The notes below the pieces were generated by a model that worked only from the letters and a program-made list of their open reading frames with translations, was not told the origin of the DNA and did no database searches. Both the position numbers and the translations under genes were made by a program. Below are positions 14,229 to 27,487 of a DNA stretch of 64,000 nucleotides, piece by piece. Source of the DNA: Eledone cirrhosa. Lineage: Eukaryota. Positions within the stretch are counted from its first letter, which is position 1. Each line of letters starts with the position of its first letter. Where the stretch lies: assembly GCA_964016885.1 (NCBI GenBank), contig OZ024742.1, positions 100,254,001-100,318,000 on the forward strand, in the 5' to 3' direction.

Positions 14229-14780
14229 GGTGGCTGCCAACTCGTTTTCGAGTACGGCCACTACTTTATATCCATGTAGGAGAACCCCTACCGATGCGCT
14301 GAACGAGTGTGACTTTTTAGTCCAGCCAGCGACTTGAAAACTCTGGTACAAACACTACACTTGTGACAAATATTGACACATAGTGCTGGGCCCATTGTAC
14401 CATGTGATGACAAGTGCAGAGAGATCTCCAGATATAAAGCTATGCCTGTGCCGTGAAGCTTTTATAGTGAGCAAAGGCGCTGCACAAAGCCAGTCCCACT
14501 CTCTTAACCAAGATGATATTTACCAAAAAGAAGAACAAGTCAACATCATTGGATACCATCAGGGTTGCAGGTGTTATATCAGAGTTTTCCTTCTCCTAGA
14601 ATTCTGCCTTGACAAAGGCTAAGGGGTCATCTCTCCCGGTGATTTTGGATGGCCATTGACTCTTAAGAGCTCCTTTGCCTTTTGACAGGTTTTGTTTTTA
14701 GTCCTGCAGGATGTCCAAAGTCACCCTCCTCACCAAGAAACCTTGGTGGGGTTGCCAGTTTAGTCGCCAACGACCGGACA
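14229..14780 (-). mobile_element. RTE-derived non-autonomous element (slightly 5'-truncated)
   Basis: Homologous to 57423-58024. RTE-like 5' UTR motif ctaggagaaggaaaactctga and C2H2-like 3' end. Flanked by CATA repeats. Confidence 0.75.
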
Positions 14781-14893
14781 TTCATACATACATTCATATA
14801 TACAGATAGGCAGGCATTACATACATATATACATACATACGTTCATATATACATACACACATGCATACATACATATATACAGACAGACAAGCA

Positions 14894-14924
<31 letters not shown>

Positions 14925-14996
14925 CATACATACATACATACATACATACATACATACATACATACATACATACATACATACATACATACATACATA

Positions 14997-15650
14997 AATG
15001 TAGGCTATGTAAAACAAAGATCGAGGATATAAGCCACATTGTTGCCAGCTGCGAAAGAATGTCATCTCGCTACTACCTCCCCATGAAACACGATGGGATA
15101 GCTAGAACCACCTGGAACGGACTTCGGAAACCAAAATTAACAACAAACTAGCAAGAATATATTGAGACAGATGGCACTAAGGAATACTGGTGGAACCTGA
15201 AAATAAAAACTGCCACCAAATTAATGCACAACCGGCCTGATATTGTTGTTTGGGACCACACATTGAAAACGTGTTCTGTTGTGGAGATCAGCTGCTCACT
15301 TGATGTAAACGTTGTCAGAAAAATACAGGTGAAGGAGGACATCTACGGACCATTGATGAGGAGTTTACAAATCCAGTATCCAAGATACACTTTAGCTTCA
15401 TACACATCATTATTGGAGCTACGGGTTATATACCAACCCGTTTGGACCAAAGTATGACTGAACTTGGATTTGCGGACAAAGAGCGCAGCTCCCTATTCAT
15501 AGTCTACAAATGGCTGCGATAGTTAGCACCTTCAAAATTTTCAAAAGATTCTAGCGATTCAAGGGATGACAATTTCTTTTCTTTTACAACCTTACCACCG
15601 GGAAGGTGGCCGGTCAAAAAAATATACTCGAAATTAAGAGAAAGAGATAA
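14997..15650 (+). mobile_element. 3' fragment of an R4/Dong-like RLE non-LTR retrotransposon, subfamily A
   Basis: CRLC..EDISHIVASC (CCHC), then EYWWN..HNRPDIVVWD..CSVVEISC..K...Y restriction-like endonuclease. Begins directly after (CATA)n and ends in cattcata. Confidence 0.85.
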
Positions 15651-15665
15651 CATTCATATATACAT

Positions 15666-15936
15666 GGTGGCTGCCAACTCGTTTTCGAGTACGGCCGCTA
15701 CTTTATATCCATGTAGGAGAACCCCTACCGATGCGCTGAACGAGTGTGACTTTTTAGTCAAGCCAGCGACTTGAAAACTCTGGTACAAACACTACACTTG
15801 CGACAATTATTAACACATAGTGCTGGGCCCATGGTACCATGTGACGACAAGTGCAGAGAGATCTCCAGATATAAAGCAATGCCTGTGCCGTGAAGCTTTT
15901 ATAGTGAGCAAAGGCACTGCAGAAAGCCAGTCCCAC
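15666..15936 (-). mobile_element. RTE-derived element, 3' part only
   Basis: Same family as 14229-14780, truncated at gccagtcccac|atacatac. Confidence 0.75.
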
Positions 15937-15948
15937 ATACATACATAC

Positions 15949-16623
15949 AATAAACACATTAAAAGCTACAACAATGTGGAAGACATCCATGTACATAATA
16001 TGAAAGAGTACTGGTGGAATGTTCCAGTAAAAACCCCAATAAAATGCAGGCATAACAGACCAGATATTATGATATGGGACAGGGAGAAGAAAACATGCAC
16101 AGTAGTGGAAATTAGCTGCCCAGCAGATGCCAATATAATATCAAAGATTAGTGAAAAGGAGAATATTTATGCAGAACTGATGAGAAATCTGCAGATACTC
16201 CACCCTGATTACACCTTCAGATTTATGCCTGTGATTATTGGGGCACTGGGATATGTTAGTAACTGCCTCAATACAAATATTGAGAAGCTAGGCTTCACAG
16301 GAAAAGAAAGAACACAACTAGTTAGGAAATTACAAGTACAATCCATTAATGGAACAGTAAAACTATGTAAAACATTCCAAAAATGTTGCATATAATAACT
16401 GCATATATACATGTACAGATACAAAGCATATACACATGCAAACATACAACTCAAAACATGCACATCCACACATACAATAACATCCATATCTACACATGCA
16501 TGCATACATACATATCTACCTAGTTGATGTTGTGTAAATTCCAATGAGAGAGTCTTGTGTCTATGTTAGAAACCGACTCTCTCTCTATTGGTAAAACTTT
16601 GTGAAATTATAAAACCAGAAGAA
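15949..16623 (+). mobile_element. 3' fragment of an R4/Dong-like RLE retrotransposon, subfamily B
   Basis: EYWWN..HNRPDIMIWD..VVEISCP..KENIY..PVIIGALG, stop at 16395, then 3' UTR followed by (CATA)n. (CATA)3 at the 5' junction. Confidence 0.88.
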
Positions 16624-17858
16624 CATACATACATACATACATACATACATACATACATACATACAAACTTACACACATACATACATACATCCATGCTTAC
16701 ACATATACATACATACATATAGGCTTACACACGCACACATACGTACAGAGAGACATACATACATATATATATATACATACATACATGCGTAATACCTCGT
16801 ACATACATACAATCATAGACACATACATACTACATACAATCACATACATACATACCACACACAATCACATACATACCACATACAATCATAGACACATACA
16901 TACCATACACAATCAGATACATATATAGTCACACGACATATAAATAAATGCTTCTGTTGTATTTCTATTTAATTAACATTGTCATCATTGAGACTAAAAG
17001 ATAGGAAAATATTCAGTTCTACAGGACCTATTGTTATCTAGTACACTAAATGTTCTATATGTATGTGTATGTATGTATGTATGTATGTGTATGTATGTGT
17101 GAGTATGTATGTATCTATGTATGTATGTATGTGTGTATTTATGTATGTATGTATGAATATATGTATTTATTTATGTATGCATGAATGTATGTATGCATTT
17201 ATGTATGTATTCATGTACGTAAATATTCATGTAAGTGTGCTTGTATTTATATACGTATGTGTGTATGTATGTGTATATATGTGTGTGGGTGTGATCGTGT
17301 GTGTGGTGTGTGAGACGTGTATATATACATACACACATACGTACGTATATACAAACAAACATACATACATACATACGTACGTACCCACATACATACATAA
17401 TACATACATACATTCATTCATGATAACAATACATTCGATAGTATATGAATATTTATAAAGCAAACCATACGATATAATTCGTTATTCCATCACCGGGGAA
17501 TAAATTAATTTGCAAGAACTCATCGGAAATATTGTTGGTGTTAATTGGTGCATCTAGTTTACTAATCCTAGCATTCTACCATTCATCCTGCTCTCCTTCA
17601 ATACCATTCTGGTACCAAGTACCATTTCCACCATTGTTCTGTCATATGTCTTTGTCTACGAGTCATATGAACGCAATAATGTCTAACTTGATACTTGCCT
17701 GATATGGTTGCTGTTGGATTGGTTTAATTAACGCCTTGATTCAATTACAATGTGTTAATTCGTCTTTTGATGCAGATATCATAACGACTTAAGATGTATA
17801 TTAGTATGTATATATGTATGTCCGTGTATGTACGTAGGTAATCATTTGCGCCTGTATG

Positions 17859-17939
<81 letters not shown>

Positions 17940-17976
17940 GTGTGTGTATATATAAATATATATTTGTGTATATATG

Positions 17977-18007
<31 letters not shown>

Positions 18008-18044
18008 ATATATAAATATGTATATGTGTATATATTTAAATATG

Positions 18045-18076
<32 letters not shown>

Positions 18077-18150
18077 TATATATATATATGTGTGTATATA
18101 TATATGTATATATATATGTATATATGAATATATATATGTATATATATGTG

Positions 18151-18237
<87 letters not shown>

Positions 18238-18248
18238 ATATATATATG

Positions 18249-18283
<35 letters not shown>

Positions 18284-18415
18284 GTGTGTATATATATATA
18301 TATATATGTGTGTATGTATATATATTATGCATATATATATATGCATATATATATATGTATATGTGTATATATATGTATATATATATATATACATATATGT
18401 GTATATATATATATA
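16624..18415. repeat. Compound (CATA)/(TATG)/(TA) microsatellite field
   Basis: Direct reading; short unique stretches in between. Confidence 0.9.
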
Positions 18416-18889
<474 letters not shown>

Positions 18890-18974
18890 TATATATATAT
18901 ATATATATAAACACAGTCATATATATATATATATATATATATATTACTTTGTTTATATATATATATATATATAT

Positions 18975-19382
18975 GCATTTCAATTTCGTATTTTTAAAGA
19001 AATACGGTATGTTTATAAATAAACATTTAGGAAGCCATAGCTATAAATAATACTGGCAGCTAACGCCACCAGGCGGTGCCTGGTAGAAGCAAGGGGGGTA
19101 ATCGTCGAAGCATTTCGAACTCAACTGGTTCTCGTCAGGACGATCTCTCCCGCTCTTGCAACTGCCGGACTTTGAAAACAGGCGAAAACATATAGTTTTT
19201 CCGGCAGTTGGAAGAGAGGGAGAGATTGTCCTGACGAGAACCAGTTGCATCGCCGATTATCCCCCTTGCTTGTGCCGGGCACCGCCTGGTGGCGTTAGCA
19301 GCTAGTGTGTTATGGATAGCTATGGCTTCTTGAATGTTTATTTATAAACATACCGTATTTCTATAGAAATACGAAATTCAAA
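18975..19382. mobile_element. ~410-bp foldback element (long imperfect inverted arms) carrying a hammerhead ribozyme
   Basis: Arms ~18975-19169 and ~19200-19382 are reverse complements, with a ~30-bp spacer. TA-rich sequence at both ends. Confidence 0.8.
19101..19144 (-). ncRNA. Minimal type-I hammerhead ribozyme
   Basis: Minus strand atcgtc-CTGACGA-gaac cagttga gttc-GAAA-tgct-TC-gacgat: perfect 6-bp stem I, 4-bp stem II closed by G-C, 1-bp stem III with a near-palindromic loop, UUC cleavage triplet. Confidence 0.8.
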
Positions 19383-19428
19383 TATATATTTGTATACAGC
19401 TATATTCAAAGCTAGATCCTAATTCTAT

Positions 19429-19459
<31 letters not shown>

Positions 19460-19550
19460 CGATGGTTGCCGGACACTGTACGGCTAATAATTCGGGCTGT
19501 TTGTTTACAAACAAACCGAGCATTATAATAAATGTTCGGTAAACTCATAC

Positions 19551-19594
<44 letters not shown>

Positions 19595-19712
19595 ATGTAT
19601 GTATGCATATATATATACTACTGTATATCTGTATACATATATGTATGTACGTATACATACTTGTATTTAAGTATCAGCCGTACTAAGAGTGAGAAATGAA
19701 ATTTCATTTTTT

Positions 19713-19765
<53 letters not shown>

Positions 19766-19766
19766 A

Positions 19767-19852
<86 letters not shown>

Positions 19853-21068
19853 GTTTGTGTGTGTGTGTTAAGTTATGTATATATTGGGGGTAGTTAATCC
19901 ATGATTTTTGTTGTTTTTGTATTTGTACAAAGTAAATATAGTTTGACTTTTTTGTGCTGTACGCTACACATAGGGAAGTCCCTTTAAAGGTAGCCTCTCC
20001 ATTGATTAACTTAACACATACACTACAGGGGTTGTGCGTCTCGTCTGGGGAATGTAACCCATGAGGTGAAACGGCTGATGCAGCGTGAATCGCAGGCTGT
20101 TTCTAGGGGTAATGCCTTTCCATCTTATCTAGGGGGAGCAACTGAATTTTCCTCCCAGCCAAAAGTAGAGAGTTTTCTCCGTTTCTCTCTCGTCTTTTTA
20201 TACTTTTATTTTCATTTTCCCATCATGTTTTTCTCTTTCTCTCTTTTCTCCCTCCGTGTTTGTAAATATATACCACTGAATACGAAATTTTGACTCGACA
20301 AAATATGTTTTTCTTCAAGATATATTCAACGTTTTCCTGCCAAACTATGCCATATATTGCCAATGTGGTAGTTTGGTTGATAAGAACTATCATAAATAGG
20401 CATCGCTTAACTGAAGTTGGGGAATTGGTGCCGTATTTGGTTATAGGAAACCCCTTAGCCATTGGAGGAATGAATTTCTTTGTCAGTGGAACAGCATGAT
20501 AACAGTGTACAGCAATCTTCCTAGCAAAACCTTAGCCCCAGGCTAGACCTGGCTGATTATACCCCTTTTGCTTAATGGTTAAGACACTTGACCGGAATTC
20601 GAGATTTACGGAGTCCTTTTTTCCGTAGCGACTACTGGCCCCTTTTGTCCATCTCTTCATCACCCCCTTATTCCTGTGAGGGTTGTGGGGACAGAATCCT
20701 CAAACACTCCTTCCAGCGGGTCCTGTCAGAAGCAACCGTCTCCAACTGATCTGGCTGGATCTCCAAGTGAAACCAGACAAGCTCATGGATATTATCCAGC
20801 CATCTTGCATGGGGTCTACCCTTGAATCCCCTGTCGGTTGGTTTTGCCTGTTATTTTACCCAATTTTCTTAGCTATCATTTATAACGATCGACTGTAATT
20901 ACAGTTACCGAGTTTGGAGTTCCCACATTTTCAAAATTTCATATATGTTATATATATATATTGGTGTAACTTTATAAGATATATTGGTGTACGTCGTGTA
21001 GTTTTGTTTTGTTTTGCATCGGTTTGGGTGTGGTAAGTAGAAAATCTATTTAATAGATGATTTTAAAC

Positions 21069-21195
21069 CGGTACTTTATTTTATCAACGCAGGAAAGATG
21101 AAAGGCAATTATGATATCGAAGGGATTTAACTACAGAACCTAGCTAAATACTGTGAGGCGTTTTATCCGATTCACAAGCGATTCTGCCAATCTTC
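21069..21195 (-). mobile_element. tRNA-derived SINE (diverged)
   Basis: ggtactttattttatc..gatgaaaggcaa..gggatttaac..ttctgccaat. Confidence 0.65.
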
Positions 21196-21245
21196 TGTCC
21201 TAGCTGGTATCTATATATAAATTTCTGCGATTCTGTCACAACGCG

Positions 21246-21294
21246 TAAAGAGAGAGGAGTAGTTTGACTACCTCATACTACTCCTCTCTCTTTA
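21246..21294. repeat. Perfect 18-bp inverted repeat with 13-nt loop
   Basis: taaagagagaggagtagt-ttgactacctcat-actactcctctctcttta. Confidence 0.85.
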
Positions 21295-21793
21295 TTCTGC
21301 TGCCTGCGTGAATGTATGTGTATGTAAAAGGAAGGCAGTGGTGGTGAAAAAACTAGAGCAAAGTAGCGGCTGGCGTTTCATTTGTTATGCTGTCTATGTG
21401 TGTATCTGTTTGCGTGAATGCATGTCTGTGTGTGTGTGTGTGTGTGTGTGTGAATGTATGTGTGTGTTTGTGTGAATGTATGTGTGTATTTTTGTAAGTG
21501 TGTCTGTGTTTATTCGTTTATATTTATATTCTCATACGTATAAATGTTTGAATACACATACACACATACACACATACGCGTCAGCGTGTTGAAAAAGACC
21601 CTAGTATTATATAATTGTCGGCATAATTATATTTTTGTAGGCAGGAAGATAAATCTATTGAGTTTTTACTATGATATTGTTTATAGCCTTGACACTGACG
21701 ATATATGACTTCGTCTATTTACAGAGAACAAGGTCAAAACATTGCTCATAATAATTGAACACTGTATTGCTCTCTCTCTCGCTCTCTCTCTCG

Positions 21794-21911
<118 letters not shown>

Positions 21912-21993
21912 CAAAGGAATTGCGGTAAGGAACCAGATGGACCATAACGCACCAGAGTACTCAATACTTAGGGTAGTAGAGTGGGTCATACTT

Positions 21994-22062
<69 letters not shown>

Positions 22063-22250
22063 TACTTGGGGAGGGTCATATTTGTGTAATATTGCCAGAA
22101 TTAATAACAGAACACACTCACTGTGTGGTTGGTTTTCGATTCTGTGTCTTTTATGTCGGTAATCTAACTTACTCGGTCCTCAATGTTGCCATTGACTGAC
22201 CGACGGTCAAAAATAATACAGATACAATATAGACACAAACACATATATAT

Positions 22251-22300
22251 AGTTTATCATAGATCTTTCGTTGCACATTGCAACATCGTCAGTTGTGTTA
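22251..22300 (-). ncRNA. PLE-type minimal hammerhead (inverted copy)
   Basis: Minus strand CTGACGA-t-gttgca atg tgcaac-GAAA-gatc-TA. Stem I weak. Confidence 0.55.
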
Positions 22301-22528
22301 TATTTTCCTCCTGTTGTGTTGTATGTCTACGCCATTTTTTATTCAGTCTGTTTATATATTTATTTATTTATTTGCTTGTTTGTTTATTTTATTTTGTCTT
22401 CTTTGCGCATGCGTTTGCGTGTGTGTATAGTGTTATGTTTGCTGTGTGATGGGTGACTAGTGTGTGTTTATGTGCTTGTTGTTATTGTGCTTGTGTATGT
22501 ATTTATTTATCTAATTTTATTTACTTAT

Positions 22529-23527
22529 TTATACTTCTCTTAGGTCAGTGTTGTTTGTTTGGGTGTTGTTGTTATTCCATTCATTCTTTCTGTTTAGCTT
22601 TGGTCTTCTAATTTCTATTTCACTGGCCTCTCTGATTTGCCTATCTGCTGGGTCATTTCTATGTTTAGATATTATTCTAATTTCCATGTTGTCTATGTTA
22701 CCGTCATGTTGTTGTCTAGCATGTTCGTATAGTACTGACCCGTTTTTTCGTCCTTTTAGTTCCCCCCAGTGTTGGTCTATCCTTTCACCTATGCTACGAG
22801 CTGTCTCACCTATGTATGTTGTTGTCATGTTTCTGCAAGTACCCTCTGTACATCTTATGCTATAGACTACGTTTCTAGTTTTACAGTTTATCCGGGGGTT
22901 CACCTTACATATGATACATTTCCTATTGGTACAGTGGGTTTTCTTAAAAGGGTAGGTTTTGCTGATCAGGGATTTTATGGTGGTTCCTGGCTTTTCTACC
23001 ACCTTTATTTTTAAGTGGGTCTTTCTCGGGGCCTTTCTACACTGGTTAGCTAATTTCCCTACAGGGGTGGCGTCCACAAACATGACACTCTGGTATCTCT
23101 GGTTGTCGTACCATGATGTGGCTTTCCCTATCTTATGTCTAGCCCTATCTAAGTTATTCCATGATTTGCTCCTGTATAATGGGCAAATTCCTTTCATGTC
23201 CAGTTCTATGAGGGTCTTATACTTTTCCATGGCTCCTTCGTATACTCTGACTCTGTCTCTTTGGTTGTAGCCAGAGAACTGCATGCGGTTGATGAAGTGT
23301 TGGATGTGTCTTTCCATTTCTGTTGGGTCGCACATGCGGGACACATTCTTCATCACTCGTACCAAATCTGCGATCAGAATATTAAACTTAGCACTACTGG
23401 ACATTGCTGAGTTTTTGAGTATCAGGTATTTGGAGGCCATGGGTTTAGCATAGTGTGAGTGGAGAATTTGGGCTCTCTCGTCTATAGTGTTAATCCAGAG
23501 TTCTGTGTCTAATACAGGTAGTCTGTT
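22529..23527 (-). pseudogene. Inverted duplicate of the PLE ORF C-terminus (RT thumb + GIY-YIG)
   Basis: Translation nearly identical to the last ~330 aa of ORF 25011-26921. Confidence 0.9.
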
Positions 23528-23574
23528 GTATATATATATATTGTTAGGGTGTAAAACACACAATAACAGTTAAT

Positions 23575-26500
23575 ATGAAAAGAACAACATACACAAAAGT
23601 CAACGCACTCTACAGACAGAAACGCATTAACGGTAAGGAAATCCGAAATCTCATCACAGCAAACGAGAGAGATAACTTCATGAGCGCCATCCGACGTGAA
23701 ACGAAATACGCTCGAAACGAATGCAATAGGCATTTCAAGAAGAAATTAGAATGGATGAATAAGAAAAAACTACAAGAAAGGAAAATCGAATATTCTCAAA
23801 AATACCCAGATAACATCGACAATATCCGTATGACTGATGTAAAACTACCGGAAGAATTTACCAATGACCACACAGTAAATATCTATGGGAACACTTTAAT
23901 CAGTGAACAAGAACAACAAATCCTACGGTTACCACCAAAATTTGCCATCTACAAAAAGATTAACCCTATGGAGTGAAAAACGGAGCTGGAAAAGTGTTTC
24001 ACAAAAATACGTTGGAATGCAAAGGTAAACAACAACAACAATAATAACGGTAGTAGTAATATAAACAATAACTCTGGGTATAGAAATAACAGCCATAACC
24101 ATAACAATAGCAGGAAAGTGAGAATTAGTGATAATGGTAATAATACTAGCGATAGACAGAACAACAACAACCACAATAATAATAATAATAGAAACATTAA
24201 CCACAGACACAGCAACAGCGACCACAGTAGTAATAACGGTAACAATACGAACAACAACAACAATAACCACAGTGGTAATAATGGAAATAGTACATGTAGC
24301 AACATCAATGATAGACACAACAAAAACAAGAAACATAATAAAAGTAACAACCACAATGGTAGAAATAACAGTAACAACAACAACAATAACGGTGAAGTAA
24401 ACAACAATACATCTAGCAATCATAACAATAATAATAATGCTAATGATAGGAACAACAACCACCCTGATAACAATAATAGCAACACACACAACTATGACGA
24501 TAGATATAATGACAACCCCTCAGAGAAACTATTTTTCAACCCAGCTGACAAAACATATAAGATGGGTAATATCTATCCTACGAGGTTACCCTTTAATAAA
24601 AGAGTTTGCATACCACAACAAATAGATGACGAGACAGAGGCACAGTTCACCATAGCTAGAAATAAGATTAGACAAATAGTAGACAGGTATACTAAGAGAC
24701 AGAGCAGACCAGAGGCCCAACAACTTGGGAGGAAACCTGTAGAAGGCTTGGTTAGCCTCAAGCAGCGCACAAGGGATGGTGAGGTAGTGTGTCTACCCAC
24801 AGATAAGTCTGGTAGGATGTTAATAGATAGCATGCCGAACTACATCGAGGCTATGCAACCCCACATCACCAACACGAGCGAAGTTGCACAACAAACACAC
24901 GATGGGAGAGAAAAATCCTCAACGCTCACATGATTATGTAGACTGACATCCTAAAGCCAAGCAGACGCACTGCCAACAACTTCCGGGCGTCTAACAATGG
25001 CATACCACCCTTGTATGGGCTCCGCAAAGACCACAAGACAGTCGACGGCCCGACAACAGGACCACCAACAAGACCCGTATGCGGAGCTAATATAGCTAGC
25101 AACTACAGGATCTCCTACTTCCTCTCAATGGTTATACGTCCCATAATCAAGATGTCCCCAGATGTATGTGACAGTACAGAGGACCTCCTCAGCAGAATCA
25201 GTGAGTGCAACAAGAACAGGAGCCTATCCAACTGCATAATAGGCAGCATGGATGTGGTGTCACTGTACCCATCCATTAACATTCATTTTGCTGTGAAAAG
25301 ATGTGTGGAAATGATCATTGAGAGTGAGGTGGAGTTCTGCGACGTCGACACAGACGAACTGGGCTTCCTACTTAGACTTACTTACGACACTGACTACCTA
25401 GACAGCCATGACCTTAGATGTTTCTGCCCTAGTAGACCTATAAGAGGTAGACCCCCCACCATAACCTCAATGGCAAAAAAGACTCCCATGGGAAGGTGGA
25501 TTGGGTGGACCAAAGCTATACGGACCCCCCAAAACAATGATCAGGTAAGAAAAATGGTCGCACATGCAATAGGGACTAGTATCAAAACTACCCTAAAGGA
25601 CCACATATTTAAGTTCAATGAGAAAATCTACACCCAAAATGAGGGAGCAGCCATCGGCGTCAGCATAGCTGGGGATGTTGCCAACCTGTTCATGGTATGG
25701 TGGGAAAGGAGACTTAAAGATCTCCTTAATGAAAGCTCCATCGACCTCATCATGTACTCTCGTTATGTAGACGATATCAATATAGTTATAAGAACACCCC
25801 CACTAGAGAGCACTAACAAGTTTGATTTAGAACGTAGCACGATGGAAAGCATCCAGCAGATAGCTAATTCCATACACGAGAGTATAACTGTAACTATCGA
25901 CTTCCCTTCCAAACACCCTAACAATAGACTACCTGTATTAGACACAGAACTCTGGATTAACACTATAGACGAGAGAGCCCAAATTCTCCACTCACACTAT
26001 GCTAAACCCATGGCCTCCAAATACCTGATACTCAAAAACTCAGCAATGTCCAGTGGTGCTAAGTTTAATATTCTGATCGCAGATTTGGTACGAGTGATGA
26101 AGAATGTGTCCCGCATGTGCGACCCAACAGAAATGGAAAGACACATCCAACACTTCATCAACCGCATGCAGTTCTCTGGCTACAACCAAAGAGACAGAGT
26201 CAGAGTATACGAAGGAGCCATGGAAAAGGATAAGACCCTCATAGAACTGGACATGAAAGAAATTTGCCCATTATACAGGAGCAAATCATGGAATAACTTA
26301 GATAGGGCTAGACATAAGATAGGGAAAGCCACATCATGGTACGACAACCAGAGATATCAGAGTGTCATGTTTGTGGACGCCACCCCTGGAGGGAAATTAG
26401 CTAACCAGTGTAGAAAGGCCCTGAGAAAGAAACACTTAAAAATAAAGGTGGTAGAAAAGCCAGGAACCACCATAAAATCCCTGATCAGCAAAACCTACCC

Positions 26501-26921
26501 TTTTAAGAAAACCCACTGTACCAATAGGAAATGTATCATATGTAAGGTGAACCCCCGGATAAACTGTAAAACTAGAAACGTAGTCTATAGCATAAGATGT
26601 ACAGAGGGTACTTTTAGAAATATGACAACAACATACATAGGTGAGACAGCCCGTAGCATAGGTGAAAGGATAGACCAACACTGGGGGGAACTAAAAGGAC
26701 GAAAAAACGGGTCAGTACTATACGAACATGCTAGACAACAACATGACGGTAACATAGACAACATAGAAATTAGAATAATATCTAAACATGGAAATGACCC
26801 AGCAGATAGGCAAATCAGAGAGGCCAGTGAAATAGAAATTAGAAGACCAAAGCTAAACAGAAAGAATGAATGGAATAACAACAACACCCAAACAAACAAC
26901 ACTAACCTAAGAGAAGTATAA
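23575..26921 (+). pseudogene. PLE reverse transcriptase-GIY-YIG endonuclease ORF (stops and a frameshift in the N-terminal part; 25011-26921 open)
   Basis: PTDKSG, YGLRKDHK, RPV, SMDVVSLYPSI, GAAIG, YSRYVDD, LPVLD, Cys linker CTNRKCIIC..C, NVVYSIRC..YIGETAR..ERIDQH..E..LN. In-frame TGA at 23974, frameshift near 24910, Asn-rich insert ~24030-24515. Confidence 0.92.
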
Positions 26922-27150
26922 ATAAGTAAATAAAATAAGATAAATAAATACATACACAAGCACAATAACAACAAGCACATAAACACACACTAGTCACCCA
27001 TCACACAGCAAACATAACACTATACACACACGCAAACGCATGCGCAAAGAAGACAAAATAAAATAAACAAACAAGCAAATAAATAAATAAATATATAGAC
27101 AGACTGAATAAAAAATGGCGTAGACATACAACACAACAGGAGGAAAATAT

Positions 27151-27200
27151 AACACAACTGACGATGTTGCAGATGTGCAACGAAAGATCTATGATAAACT
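27151..27200 (+). ncRNA. PLE-type minimal hammerhead in the 3' UTR/pLTR
   Basis: CTGACGA-t-gttgca gatg tgcaac-GAAA-gatc-TA, with palindromic AGATCT in place of stem III. Stem I poorly paired. Confidence 0.6.
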
Positions 27201-27453
27201 ATATATATGTGTTTGTGTCTATATTGTATCTGTATTATTTTTGACCGTCGGTCAGTCAATGGCAACATTGAGGACCGAGTAAGTTAGATTACCGATATAA
27301 AAGACAGCGAGAAGCGAAAACCAACCAAACAGTGAGTGTGTTCTGTTATTAATTCTGGCAATATTACACAAATATGACCCTCCCCAAGTATAACAATATT
27401 TGTTTCGACACACGATTTCATATAAAAAACCTCGCAAAACTAATTCATCGCCG

Positions 27454-27487
<34 letters not shown>

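Larger units (their letters stand above)
22059..27394 (+). mobile_element. Penelope-like retroelement with a ~1.5-kb inverted duplication of its 3' end
   Basis: 22059-23552 is the reverse complement of 25913-27394 with few differences. The left end abuts (TA)n. Confidence 0.93.

Noticed and set aside
21267-21275. let-7-like TGAGGTAGT on the minus strand in the hairpin loop
   Set aside because: Only 9 nt, in the loop rather than an arm; the rest of let-7 is absent.
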